Positions 1 to 33,126 of a DNA stretch of 64,000 bases are shown one piece after another. Source of the DNA: Phaeosaccion multiseriatum. Lineage: Eukaryota; Protista; Ochrophyta, other classes. The stretch covers positions 558,001 to 622,000 of the forward strand of contig OZ218961.1 of NCBI GenBank assembly GCA_965112735.1. Reading direction: 5' to 3'. Below the pieces are notes generated by a model that saw only the letters and a program-made list of their open reading frames with translations, had not been told where the DNA came from and did no database searches. Positions within the stretch are counted from its first letter, which is position 1. Every line of letters starts with the position of its first letter. The position numbers were made by a program, and so were the translations under genes.

Positions 1-417
1 TGTTGGGGTGGGCATATTCCCGTCGTGGAATGGCTTCTGGACCATCCTCCCACGAGAGCCGTGCTGGAAGATAATGATTATGAAGAGTGGCGCCATGGGG
101 CTTGGTTTGCAGCTGCAAAGGGCCGCCTCGAGTTGCTGCAGTTCCTCCACGCCAATGCTCGCCACCTCTGTGATTGGGATGCGGTGGTCTGTATATATGC
201 AGTCATGTATGGTAAGAACCTTGCCGTGCTGAAATGGCTCCGTTCGGAGGAAGTGCAGTGTGAGTGGGACCAAGGCTCGTGCCCACAGGTCATCAGGGAC
301 ACGGGGTACGAATGCTTTTGCGGGGAGGATGAGGAGTGGGACATCGACGCCAAACCCTTTGAGGAGATAAAGCAGTGGGTGCACGCCAATGGGCACCCCT
401 GCGACTGCCAGGACTGA
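1..417 (+). CDS. 3' part of an ankyrin-like repeat protein (algal/giant-virus type), truncated by the window start
   Basis: Frame is open from base 1 (CWGGHIPVVEWLLDH...AAAKGRLELLQFLHANARHLCDWD...LKWLRSEEVQCEWD...KQWVHANGHPCDCQD*). It carries the AA..G.L..L.WL....C.WD repeats and is a close paralog of 35689-36732. Confidence 0.8.
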   Translation, partial: CWGGHIPVVEWLLDHPPTRAVLEDNDYEEWRHGAWFAAAKGRLELLQFLHANARHLCDWDAVVCIYAVMYGKNLAVLKWLRSEEVQCEWDQGSCPQVIRDTGYECFCGEDEEWDIDAKPFEEIKQWVHANGHPCDCQD

Positions 418-1461
418 AAGGAGAACACGCTGGCGCGGAAGTGACAGAAAGACGCGAGACAGATGGCAAAGAGCCCGCTTTCTCTTTCACTGCCTTACCA
501 AAGGCTGGGCGGGCGAGTGCCAGTAAGTCAGTAAGTGCGGGTCAGTGGAGAGCTGGATGGACGGTCGTGGCTGGTTCCCTTCGAGGAGCTGTAGATGTGC
601 TATCATGCGGCTCTAACAGCATCACAGCAGAGGCAGGCACGTGAAGACATCCTCGCTGTGGTATCTTCGCCGGACACCTTGCGCTCTCCGGCTGGTGGGC
701 TGGGGGCACTCATTCGAGCCAGGCAGGCAAGAGGGTAGTACAAGTATACGACCATTGGAGAGCTGGGCAGCGAGCGAAGAGTGCCTGACTCAGTGAGTGT
801 GTGGGGCCGTCCACGTGCCTGCCGCTGCTCCAGTTGCTCTGCTCGCGCCCCTCGCTGCCCCCCTTGCGTACCTTTGCCCTGGCTGGTGAACACGTTGGTG
901 CTACGGCTGCTTTAGAAGCGCTACGGCATGCTGAGGAGGGGCTAGGCCACGCAGAAGCGGGCACCGAGCGAGGGCTAGCTTCAAGTGGTCTATATATATA
1001 TATATATACAAACAGTACACCGCAGCTTAAAAAAAAAACTTTCCTTTGAATGTAGCCACTTAAATTACTACAATCATCTGACCGGCTCTCTTCGTCTGCT
1101 CTTGCACACCTTCCCCCCTCCCCTTGAACTGTAGTGCTTCATCCAATCAACGCTGCCTCGGCCCTTCTAGGAATCCAAAGATGCTCGAAGGTTGGCTGTG
1201 TGGGGGTGGGTGTGTCGTGGCACGGGCCCTCGGGACGAAGCTGTGTTTCCCGCCAAGATCGGCCCGAAAACAAAGGCATGATTTGCTGAAACGGGGGCAG
1301 TGGCATCCATGGAAAGGCCTGTTGTTAGCGAAGGTACACACTAACTTCTCATATCTACCGATCCTCCCGCCCTTCTCTTGCAAGCCTACACAAACACTGA
1401 CCCTCACAAACAAACCAACAGCAGCCAACCACAACTCAAAACAAACAACAAAGCTCTCACC

Positions 1462-2431
1462 ATGTTCTCTTCATCCACCATCAAGACCACCATGATTGCC
1501 GCTCTCCTCGGCGCAGCTACCACTGGCGCGGCGGCCAAGGAGTGCGAGGGAACCTACAGTGTTTCCGTGGACAACCTCACCTTCCGCCAGCCCTTCAGCC
1601 CCGTCGTAGCTGTGGCACACAACAAGGGATTCAAGGTCTTCGAGCCCATGGTGCCGGCGTCTGGACCTCTCCAGTCTGTCGCCGAGGACGGCGATGCCAG
1701 TGCCCTGGTGGAGCTCCTGGGATCCAACGACCTCGTGTGCGGCTACACGGTCGGGGAGGGGCCTCTCTTCCCTGGAGAGACGTGGGAGGGCATGCTTACG
1801 GTGTCCGAGGACTGCGATTGCGACACGCTGGCCTTCTCTACTGTGACCATGCTCATCAACACCAACGACGCCTTCATGGGAGTCAGCGCCATGCCCTTGG
1901 GCTATGAGGGGCTCTCCACCATGGCTCCTGCCTGGGACTCTGGAACGGAGGCGAACACTGAGATGGTGAGTGCGTCGTGAGGTGGGCAAGCAACTGGTAT
2001 GTGTGTGTGGGGGCTCTCTTCCTTCCGTCGTCTTATGTGCTGATGTTGCATGTGCTTAAGCGTATGAGGCAGAGGTCACGAGGCAAGGTGGCGTCCAAAC
2101 AACGGCGGCGCTTTCTCGTCTTTCTTACGAAGAAGCCGTGTTACTGCGCTGACAAACACCACACCCCTTCGTCCTTTCATTCCTGCCCTTGACTTCTTCG
2201 CCTCCTCCCCCCCTCCACCCTCCTCCCCCTCCCACTCTCACGCGTTGGATACGCCAGTGCTCGGATATGCCCGGCCCTGCCTGCCCCTCCGATTCGGGCA
2301 ACGTGTCCGGAGGGACTGGAGAGGGCTTTGTCCACATCTCCCGAGGCTTCCACGGAGTGGGATCCCTTGTGGAGCAGCGTTACGACTGGAGGAACCCCGT
2401 GTCCAGCATCAACGTGGAGCTGTACAAATAA
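1462..2431 (+). CDS. Secreted Spondin_N-domain protein, copy A (2 exons, 225 aa)
   Basis: Exons 1462-1965 and 2258-2431, with a phase-0 GT-AG intron (ATG|gtgagt...gccag|TGC). Signal-peptide-like N-terminus. Motifs NLTFRQPFSP, AEDGD, MLINTNDAF, AWDSGTEANTE, PGPAC, EGFVHISRGFHG and YDWRNPV are typical of stand-alone spondin-domain proteins. Confidence 0.85.
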
Positions 2432-2639
2432 AGTGTTGATTTTATGTAAATAACCATCGAGGACAGAGTGGTGCAGCAAGGCACATGCTTACGTAGCGAG
2501 GGAGCGGCGGTAGGCATAGCCTGTTGGGTAAGGCGGGCGGGGCGGGGCAAGGGGAGGATACTACAAATTGATAAGGAGAGCCTTGGCAACCTTAATCAAT
2601 TTATTTGTACTTACACACAAAGCCATCCTCTTCTGTGTA

Positions 2640-2955
2640 CATTCGCTTCTTCAGTGCCTGCTGCATCCTCGTCGATGCCTTGCGGGTACACAGGCCCATA
2701 GCTACCCAGAACGCTCTTCGCTTGTGGTCTTAAACATCATGTTCACCCCTTTGTGGTATCTTGATCCCCTTTGAGGCGCTTCATCACCGCCAATGCTGCC
2801 TCCACCGCCCCGCCTCGCTCAGTCTCTTTGCGTTGGCCTCGTTGCTACAGCTGAGAAGCGCCACCACAGCCGGGCATGCCTTCTCCTGGACACCGCTGTC
2901 CCTGCCTGCATGGGGGGTCATGGCCGCGACGACCGCCTCACACCCACCCGCCTGA
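2640..2955 (-). pseudogene. Relic of the 3' end of an ARM-repeat gene
   Basis: Translates as AGGCEAVVAAMTPHAGRDSGVQEKACPAVVALLSCSNEANAKRLSEAG, homologous to the repeats and C-terminus of 33127-35001. It is frameshifted and lacks a 5' part. Confidence 0.75.
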
Positions 2956-3294
2956 CGAGACAACCGGCGCTCCATCCCCTCACGCCCACGCAACACTCGT
3001 GCCATGCCACCACAGGATGGAGATATAAGATCGAACATGAGATTCATAGTGGATAGGAAGCGCTTCCCCCCCCCCCTCCTCCGCATCCTCATTCCCGCTT
3101 GCGGTGCTTAACCCTCTGCTTCACCCTAACCCCTTTGTGATCTCGCTCCTCGCCTCCCCCTTGGCCAAACTGCCAGTGCATAAGAGAGCCAGGGCCAGGT
3201 ATACAGCAGCTACGACGAGCAGAGCTTACGCATGCGTGCGTGTGTGCGTGTGTGCGTGCGTGCGTGCGTGGGTGGGTACGCGGGGTCCCTACGA

Positions 3295-3354
3295 CACACC
3301 ACACACACACACACACAACCACATACACACACACACACACACACACGCATACAG

Positions 3355-3410
<56 letters not shown>
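3295..3410. repeat. (CA)n microsatellite
   Basis: Directly visible dinucleotide run. Confidence 0.95.
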
Positions 3411-3411
<1 letters not shown>

Positions 3412-4296
3412 CAAATCTTAGCTTGATTCCTGTAAGTCCGTATATTTCCTCAGTCAGGTGGCATAGCTCGCTCGCCAACCGTCCACCGCAGATTGCTTCC
3501 CCCATGCCTCCTTCTCTACGCACATCACCTCTCTTCTGAGCTGCGTGGCGAGCTCCTACTTTCCATCCCTCTGCCTCCCAAACGAAAGGAAGGGTTGGTA
3601 CGACATAGTTGTTGCCAAGAAGGATTGCTTACGAAAGAACTACGTAAGATTATGTGATGGCGAAAAGGGGTAGACAACTATCGTAGGTATCCTTTTTAGA
3701 AGGGCTACCCCTGCAACAGGAAGGTGCCCCTCTGACTGTAACGAGCACGTGTGTGTGCTGGTGGGGCCGTGTTCCTCTGCCCCCCCTCCCTTCGCTGGTA
3801 CCCAGTCGTCAGTGTCAGGACCCACCACTCGTCTCTTTGGAACAAGACTAATATAATACGTATATACATCTAAACAAGAAACATATCAATACAAGGAGGT
3901 GAGGGCCCCCTTGAAGCCGATTTGAGCAAACCCTGAATGGATTTTGAAAGGGGTTTGACCATACTTTGCACCACCGTTAAAGGCCTTTGAGCAGACTTTG
4001 AGCGCGTGCTGTGGGTGATGGCGTGGCGAAGGGGGGCTGCTGAAGGCTAAGGCTAAGGCTGCTGAAGGCTAAGGCTAAGGCTGCTGAAGGCTATAGAGTG
4101 TGGAGGGCCCGCCTCCGAGGCCTCTCAGTATGCGGTACCCTCGGCCTAATCGATCCATGTACAGTATGTGCTTGCTGGCGCAGTGCTGCGTTGCTCTTAA
4201 AGCGCAATTCCTTCTCCATCTGTGTCTACGTATAGCTAGCATACCACCTCCGTCGAAGTACCCGAGCTTGACACACAGCTATGACTCGCTTTCTCC

Positions 4297-7087
4297 CTAC
4301 GTACCTACGCGAAGGGGGGAGATGGGCCGGGGGGGAACTTGGAGCGGAGGGAGCCTTGCTGGTGGTGTGGCTGGTGAGCTGAGGTCCGAGACAATGGGTT
4401 GAACTCTTGTTTCCACTGCCGGTAGGATGTCGCTGCTCGGTCGTGATCTCACGCTCGTGGCATCCTCCTCTGCTTGCACGCTGGCGGTTGTGGCTGGTGA
4501 ACTGAGGGTCGAGACAATGGGTTGAAGTTGAACTCTTGTTTCCTCTACCGGTAGGATCCTGCTGCTCGGTCGTGATCTCACGCTCGTGGCCTCCTCTTTC
4601 GCTCGCGCGCTTGTTCTTATAAGCGCCCAGTTCAACCCTCCTGGCCCTCTTTCCCCTAGCTCTACGGTGGTCTCATGCATCGTGCTTGATTTGTGCTGAT
4701 CCGTCGCTGCGGCCCCTGATGGTAAGGTTGCTTCTCGGCAAACATCGCCGCGAACTGTTGCTACTAAAGCTTTCCTAATATCAACGAGACCGAGGCGGAG
4801 TTCCAGTTTGATCTGAGGAGGGAGGCGCAGTGGCAGGGGGGGGTTCGAGGGGGAGACCAGGAGGTGAAGGCGGGCAGGTAGGCAGCAGCGAGACGGTAAA
4901 GGAAGTTATCTTAGGCCTTTGACTTTGCGCGACACGTGTGTGTGTGGGCGGGGATGCAAAGCAAGCAGAGCAGAAAACAGAGCAAGAGCAAGAGCAAGAG
5001 CAAGAGCAAGAGCAAGAGCAATGCATCCACCCTCATCACCCCTCACACGCCAGCCAGTGGCACCGGAAGGCCAGCGGGCGATGGTGAGGTAATGTGGCAG
5101 TGCCACTCGTTGTACTCACCAGCGTCGTGCACTCGTGGAAGATGAACATCCAATGAACGTGGTGTGCCAGAAACGGAACGGAGGTGAACACGATCATCAC
5201 CAACAGGCTCACGCAAGCGTCCTGTGTGTGTGTGTGCGCGCGCGTCCGTGCGTCCGTGCGTGAGTGAGTGTGTGTGTGCGCGGGCAGAGCAGGTGCAGGC
5301 TGGACAGGCATGGACGACAGTAGCGGCTATCTCGAGGAAAGGTAGGTAGAGTCTGGTGAAGGAGCGGCACCAGAGGATGGTAGTGTACACGCCCAATTCG
5401 ACCTCCTCTTGGGGCTACTGTGTGAAGTGAGTGTGCTGGTGGGCTGGACAGAAAGAAGACACTTACCTTTGCACTTTGCTTGCCTACTTTCTCGAGCATC
5501 TGAAGCACCTTCGTGGTGGCGCTGGAAGCGGATACGGTGCGCACTTTCTTGAGCTCCTTGGCGCTGATAAATATGACGGCAAGATCTTGCACTGCTTGGT
5601 ACATGATTGCACACATGAAGACCACCGTCAGAGGGAAAGCGGCCACCCGACCCAGCAAACAAACGATGACCACAGCTTGGGTCATAAGAGCGCAACCGTT
5701 TGCTTGGTACAGTGTCTTGATGCGACCGAGGAAGACGCCGCGGTGCTGGTCATGTGGTAGCAGAAGTGGACGAGGGGAGAACGCACAGGACAGCGGGGAG
5801 TGGGTGAGTGGGTGAGTGTGTGAGTGAGTGAGTGAGTGGGTGAGTGAGTGAGTGAGTGAGTGAGTGAGTGAGTGAGTGAGGGAGAGAGTGCGTGAATCAG
5901 TGAGTGAGTGAGTCAGTGAGTGATTGAGTGAGTGGCGCAAGAGAGGAGCAGCGATCGCCCACAGTCTGAAACCTGATACTGACTGCCCAGTACAGTGCCG
6001 ACTAATTCCACCAGAGGTCGGTAGGTGGGTGAGCTGCCAGGAATAGGGGAGGGGCAGCCACAGTATGGAGTCGCTCTTACCTCCGGGGTAGCGTGGGATA
6101 GTGCAACCTTGATCGTCCTCCAGCGATAGTAGGGTATGATCACGGCCCAGAGGAGTGTGTACTCCAAAGCCCAAAGGGCCAGGACCCATCGACTCTCTCC
6201 GAAGTAGGGAAAGCCGCCCACGGCTCTCGCCAAGCGAAGAGGGAGCCGCACAGCATTGAGGATGGAGGCCTGAGCGAGGAGTGACCACATGTGTTGGCGT
6301 ACACAGTACAGAAGGGCAGCGGATTAGAGTCCACAACAAGGTAGGAGAACGATGGGTATATACGTATAGAGAGAGAGCGGGAGGAAGAGAGGCAGAGAGC
6401 ACATGGAGAGAGAGAAGGAGTGGAAGCGAAGGGGGGGGGAGAGGAAGGAGGGAGGTACAAGCATGAAGATAATGAGAACGGAGAAAGGGGGCAGTCGTTT
6501 GACAGGATCGCAGACAAGGTCTTACGGGAGCCTCACGATTTTCCAACACGAAATGCCTCCTATCGCATCCTGCCCATCCCACACACACACAGCAGGGCAC
6601 CAAGCATGGGACGGGGGGCGTGGCCGGCTGTGGCTGTGTGCGAGGAGAGAATGTCTCCTTCGAGTAGACTACCCATCCGTCATTGTAGTATACGTACCTG
6701 TGCAGGAACGGTCTTGAGCAAGGCCACCAAAAGCTTCCTGCTCCGTCTCCTCCCTCGCGATGCAGGGAAATCCGTGCCCGTCCTATGCCCCCCCCCCCCA
6801 CCACCACCAAAGGCAGCAATGCTGGAAGTGAGCATCACTTCATTCGCCTCACGGCTGGTTAGCCTGTATGTGGAGGCTATGCGCACCGTCCCAGCCCCGG
6901 TTGCTGATGATCTTAAGGCTTGGAACTTTCTCGACGCAATGTAGGCCCACAACAAGAGCATCGCCAGAGACAAAAACGCCAGCGTGCCCCACAGGACCCT
7001 GAACCCCAGGAGGCCACGCAGCTCTGGGGGGCAGCCATGCGGGTCGAGGCAGAGGTCGAACTGGTTTACCCTCTCACCTCTGGTCAT
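4297..7087 (-). CDS. Multi-pass (~7 TM) membrane protein of unknown family, paralog 1 (5 exons, ~491 aa)
   Basis: Exons 7087-6698, 6269-6081, 5745-5467, 5221-5120 and 4812-4297 are joined by phase-0 GT-AG introns into one open frame. It has several hydrophobic segments and an N-terminal DLCLDPHGCPPE. The internal exon sizes (189, 279, 102 nt) are identical to those of paralog 2. Confidence 0.8.
4365..4600 (-). repeat. Two-copy ~120-bp coding tandem repeat in the last exon of 7TM paralog 1
   Basis: EEATSVRSRPSSRILPVEETRVQLQPIVSTLSSPAT and EDATSVRSRPSSDILPAVETRVQPIVSDLSSPAT. Confidence 0.85.
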
Positions 7088-7367
7088 GCTGGATGCAGCG
7101 TCAGCTTTTTGTCAAGGGGAATTATGTGACAGGAGAGGATTGTGTGTGAAGAGGCCCGCCGTCAGAAGGAGAAAAAGAAAATCGGGGCTGCTGGTCAGGC
7201 GAAACCGCTGAAACCGTCAGTCAGGTTTCCAGAATCTCTTTTTTTCTCCCTCTCTCTCTCTCTCTATATACGTACCACTTCCGCACGAAAGATATATACA
7301 AGTTATGCGCTTCATCTCGGTCCTCGAATGAAGCTCCATCGCCAGTCCGAAATTTTCCCTTTCTTCT

Positions 7368-10014
7368 CTAATTTGGGTTGGCTGGTCTGCGCGAGCTGCT
7401 CTTCGCGTCCGAAATGTGCTGCGCTGTTGGCACGACTGGGGCAGCCACTGCTGGTACCAAGGGGGAGGGCGCAGGGAGGATACTGGCGCTCAACCTTATG
7501 CTTGAGCTCAACCTTGTTCTCAGCGTCGACAAACTCCACCCCCTTGGCTGATCTTCTGCCGGCCCTGCCTCTATGTCAGCGACAGGTCGACTCCGACCCG
7601 CTGCCACCGCGCTCAAAAGATCGATCCGCCCGAGACGGAACTCGAGCATGATCTGAGGCAGTCAGGCAGTCAGGCAGGCAGGGGCAGCAGTTGTGTTGGA
7701 GGTTTGACAGTGAGACACGTGTGGGGTGTGTGGGTGTGCGTGGGGTCGGGGGGGGGTTAGGCAGGCAGCAGCAGTGAGGTCCAAGGAAGGAGCGAGAGGC
7801 CACTGGCTTTTAGTGATCCGTGGCCGGGGATGCATGGAAGGCAAACAGATGCAAGAACCAGAGCAATATGTTGCTACCCACAGCCCAGAACAGTCATGGC
7901 AGCGGCGGTGCAGCAGTGGTTGGATTGCACTACTGAAGTAACAAATACTCACTCACCAGCGTCGTGCATTCGTGGAAAATGAGCATCCAATGAACGTGGT
8001 GAGCCAGGAACGGAACGGAGGCAAAAACAATCAGCACCAAGAGGCCTCCGCAAACATCCTGTGCGTGTGCGTGCGTGCGTGCGTGCGTGCGTGAGTGAGT
8101 GAGGAAGTGAGTGAGTGACTGAGGGAGTGAGGGAGTGAGGGAGCCTATTAAAGAGTGAACTTGCTCCGTTGTGAGTAAGTAAGTAAGTGAGTGAGTAATG
8201 TATGTATGTGATTGAGTGAGTGAGTGTAGCTGCTCATGTGCGTGAAGAGTAGATACAGACCAGGCAAGAAGGGACTACTCCGACTTCGACTTGTACTCTC
8301 AAGGGAAATAAAGTCGGGGCTGGTGCAAGAAGAGCGGGGGGGGGGCTAAGAATGGCAATTCATGCAATCTGCCCGACTTCCGGACTACTGAGTGAGTCCA
8401 TAGTCCCCCCAGCCTCGTCGACCACACGTAAAGACACCGGACACGCACGCACGCATATCATACCTTTGTGCTTTGCTTTCCCACTTTCTCGAGCATCTGA
8501 AGCACGTTTGTGTTGGTCGGAGAAGCGGTTGCGGCGCGTATTTGCTTGAACTGCCTGGCGATGATAGAGATGACGACAAGATCTTGCACTGCATGGTATA
8601 TGATCGAACACATGAAGACCACCGTCAGAGGGAAAGCGGCCACCCGACCCAGCAAACAAGCGATGACCACAGCTTGGGTCATAAGGGCACAACCGCTGGC
8701 TTGGTACAGTGTCTTGATGCGACCGAGTAACACGTCGCGGTGCTGGTCATGTGGTAGCGGAAGTGGTAGCGGAGGTGGAACAGGGTAGAAACGGAGGAGA
8801 TGGGGGAGACAGGGAGTGAGTGGGTGAGTGAGTGAGTCAGTGCGTGAGTGCGTGAGTGAGTGCGTGAGTGAGTGAGTGAGTGAGTGGCTGAATTTGGCAA
8901 GGGAGGGGGGGGGCGGTCGTTGTCCAACACCTAAAGACCCACTCCGTAAGGTGCGGTAGGATGAAGAGAGAGTGTCGGGAGACGAAGGGGAGAGAGACGG
9001 AGAAAGAGAGATAAGTGAGAGGAGTGTGGGAGAGAGATGTAGAGAGATAGGAGAGAGAGATGCAGATATAGAGAGAGGAAGGAAAGGGGGAGATGCGTCT
9101 TATGGAAGACCGGAAGAGCAGCCTGCCATAGAAGGCCTGGGAGTTGATCTCACCTCTCGAGTAGTGCGGGATAGTGCAACCTTGATGGTCCTCCATTGAT
9201 AGTAAGGGATGATCCCAGCCCACAGGATTGTGTACTCCAAAGCCCAAAGGGCCAGGACCCAGCGACTCTCTCCGAAGTAGGGAAAGCCGCCCACGGCTCT
9301 CGCCAAGCGAAGAGGGAACCGCACTGCATTGAGGATGAAGGCCTGAGCGAGGAGTGACCACATGTCGTACAGAAACGGGTTGGAGTGGGAAGTAAAAGGC
9401 CTCGAAAGGGGACATGGAAAAGAGATGGAGGGAGAGAGAAAGGACAGATAGAGGGAGAGGGAGAGCGAGGGAGAAATAGGTGGAGAAAAGAGACAAGAGA
9501 GGGAGGGAGAAAGAGAAAAGGAGTGGGAGGGGGGGGAAGGAGAAGAGGGGAGTTGGAGCGCCCGTATTGAAGGTAACAGGAGCGTAATAGAAGGGAGGGA
9601 AGTGCAAGGGAGGAAGAAAGAATTTTCGTCAATGGACTGCCTTTGCCTTGGTGTACGTACCTGTGCAGGAAAGGACTTGAGCAAGGTCAGGTAGAGCTTT
9701 CTCCTCCTCGCTCGCGATGCAGCGAGGTCCCGCGCCTTGATCCCCGCACTCGCCGAACGGGTAGCTTCTCCCGAGTTGCAGACTATCGACACGGCCTGAA
9801 CGGCTCCTGAGCGTGCTCTTACGCTTAAGGCGCGGAACTTCCTCGAGGTGACATAGCCCCACATAAGCAAAAGCCCTAGAGACAAAAAGGCTAGCGTGCT
9901 CCACAAGAGCCTGAAGCCCATGAGGCTATGAGGCTCTGGCGGGCAACCATGCGGGTCGAGGCAGAGATCGAACTGGTTCACCCTCCCATACGACGGGCCA
10001 TGCGACTCGGCCAT
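7368..10014 (-). CDS. Multi-pass (~7 TM) membrane protein of unknown family, paralog 2 (5 exons)
   Basis: Exons 10014-9661, 9342-9154, 8742-8464, 8058-7957 and 7652-7368. Intron positions and the TM core are conserved with paralog 1 (YFGESRWVLALWALEY, LLGRVAAFPLTVVFMC, VPFLAHHVHWM.IFHECTTL); the C-terminal tail has diverged. Confidence 0.8.
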
Positions 10015-10650
10015 TTTTTCGCTTCACTGACCACTGGCGGACTTCCAGAAAAGCAGAAGGAAGTCGTGCTGACAGGGCAGAGAAAGGTATTGGAGTAATG
10101 GCCCCATCCCCTGGCCGTCCCAACCCAGCGGTACCCCGGCAGTCCCAGCCCAGGGCCTTTTTCTGTCGATGCTTTTTGTGCACTAGACTTGGCGGACAGA
10201 CAAAGAAACTCCTGGAACACATGGGAGCCGCGACACGACGGTTCACCTTTGCCCCCTCCCAGATTCTCCGAGAGAGCGGGCGGGGAGGTTCCCGACGGCG
10301 GCCGACACCCAGTTGGAAGTTTCCGACGGCGGGCAGTTGGAATTATGTAACGTCGTGTGGAGAGTGGAAGAGAGCTGCGAACACCACATTGCCGATGGCC
10401 TTGCTTTCAAGGCACTCGGAGGCAGGCAAGTAGCGATGCACGGATTCTACGAGGCGGAAACAACGTTTTGCTCTGCTGAGCGACTGACCAGGGCACTTGG
10501 ATGTGCAGGGCCTTACCTTCACTCCCAGTCCTTGTCCTTGCCCTTACCCTTGAGGGTTGGGTTGCAAGAGAGACACACACTCGTGTGCACAAGTAAGGGC
10601 GGTGGGGAGCAGCAGCAACTTGAGAGAACTTTAATTGGCAGGAGTCAGGC

Positions 10651-31322
<20,672 letters not shown>

Positions 31323-31882
31323 GAAGCACGACGGCCTTGGATTTGCGCGACATACGACCTTTGGTATGCAGCCAGGTCGGGAAGTTTGCGTGCAAATATA
31401 GTCGAGCTGTTTCTTTTCTTTCATATTCAAATTAGTACTACGAAGTAGTATTTTTTTAATCGAGATTAATTACACTGATGGGTGAGGTGGGGGAGGTGTT
31501 ATGTGGAGAGAAGGCCCACTTTCCACTTTCCGAGTCGTCGTTTCGAGCCCCACTCCCCCCCCCCCCCCAACCCGGGCCGGGCGAGGAGAGGGCCTGCAGT
31601 CGAGTCAAGCTGGATTATTGCGGCTCGGTCCGGTGCGCTCCACCAGCCAAGCGCCCGCCAACAAACAGTCGGAGGCGCTCATTCGCAGCTACAGTCCACT
31701 GCTCCGCTGCTCCACGCTGACTGACAGAACCTCCTCCACAGCAGTCAGCAAGAAGGCAGCCAACACGCATACACACAAACACACACGCATACACACACAC
31801 ATATATAATATATATATATAATATATATATAAAATATATATATAATATATATATAATATACACACCCACCCACCCACACACC

Positions 31883-31927
<45 letters not shown>

Positions 31928-31977
31928 CCTATACCCTCTCCTTGTCTTTCTCTCTGCACCAGCTCAGGGCCCATTAC

Positions 31978-32451
31978 TGGCAGTCGCAGGTTGGCCATTG
32001 GCTTGTAACCACTTCTTGATCCCCTTCCAGGTTTTGGCGTCGATGTCCCATTCCTCTCCTTCAGGGTGCACTCTTCTCGATCCTCTGTCCTTAAGGACCT
32101 ATGGGCAGCACTCTTCGTACCACTTGTCGCACCGCACTTCCTCCCATCGGAGCCATTTCAGTAGAGCAAGGCTCTCCCCCTACATGATTGCCTCGTTTGA
32201 GGGGGCGACTGCTCCTTGTCGGGAAGGTCCTCCGAGCGCAGCCAATGGAGCACTTTCAGGCCATGCCTTGTGTTCGAGCTGTTGCGTGACTCACCCATAC
32301 CTCCCAGGGACACATTTTGCCGTGAAGGGTCTTGCATACCTCGCCATCTCCGTGCCGAGTAAGCGGCCTCGAAGAGCTTGCTCGCCCCTCCGCCATTACT
32401 AGCTCGAGGTCGACTTGTTCGCCCGTTCACGCACTCCACAGAGCTGAGCAC
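31978..32451 (-). pseudogene. Degenerate, internally deleted ankyrin-like gene copy
   Basis: Fragments LSSVECVN, KLFEAA, RHGLKVLHWLRSEDLPDKEQ and KWLRWEEVRCDKW...WDIDAKTWKGIKKWLQANG match 35689-36732, with frameshifts and deletions. Confidence 0.8.
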
Positions 32452-32625
32452 AGATGGTATAAATTGCCCTCCACTCCTTACTCACCCCCCCCCCCCACAA
32501 AGCCAAGAATGTTAAAAGAGAGGGAGCAGCTCGAGGCTTTCCAAAGCCTCATGGCAAGCCTCGAAGCCCAGTCAGGCCATTCCTTCCTGCATGTGCAGTG
32601 GCACCACTACGTGTTGCTACTTCAG

Positions 32626-32805
32626 CACATAGTCAACTTGGTGGACACCAGTGACCTCTTTAAGCGCGTGTGCCCCGAACATGCTCAGTTCATCGGACTC
32701 CAGGACCTTGTCAGCATGTTTTTGGAGCAACACCTTAGCAAGGAGGAGCGGGCCACCGATTGGACGAAGCGGCCGCTGTCCGCCGCTCAACGGGAGTACG
32801 CTATC
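32626..32805 (+). pseudogene. Fragment of a DnaQ-like 3'-5' exonuclease domain (RNase D/EXD/MUT-7 type, C-terminal part)
   Basis: NLVDTSDLF...IGLQDLVSMFLEQHLSKEERATDWTKRPLSAAQREYA matches the GL..L....L...LSK.....DW..RPLS..Q..YA signature. The ExoI motif is missing and the ExoIII Asp position reads N. Confidence 0.7.
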
Positions 32806-33126
32806 CTCAACCCTTTAACACCTGTTAAAAGCTCTGCTGACGTCTTCAAAGCCCTCCGAAAAACGTTTTCCTTTGAAAAGCTCCTGAACTGCTTTTTTCC
32901 GTCTCTGGGAACCTTCTTTTTCTTGCTGACACGTTTCACTTGTAACGTCTTCAAAAGGATCTTGAACTCTTTGTGCTTGGTAGACCACAGTCGCCTAGGT
33001 TCTTCCTTCGTAGGTATATATACGTGTACTGTAGCTGAGTGAGGTGACGAGGACAAGGCTTGCAGTAGAGCAGGAAGCAGAAGCGCAAAAGCTGAAAGAA
33101 ACAAAGTCAAGAGGGGATAGATTAAA

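Noticed and set aside
4037-4095. Telomere-like (GGCTAA)n
   Set aside because: Only a few copies within a duplicated 24-mer; it does not match a known telomere unit.
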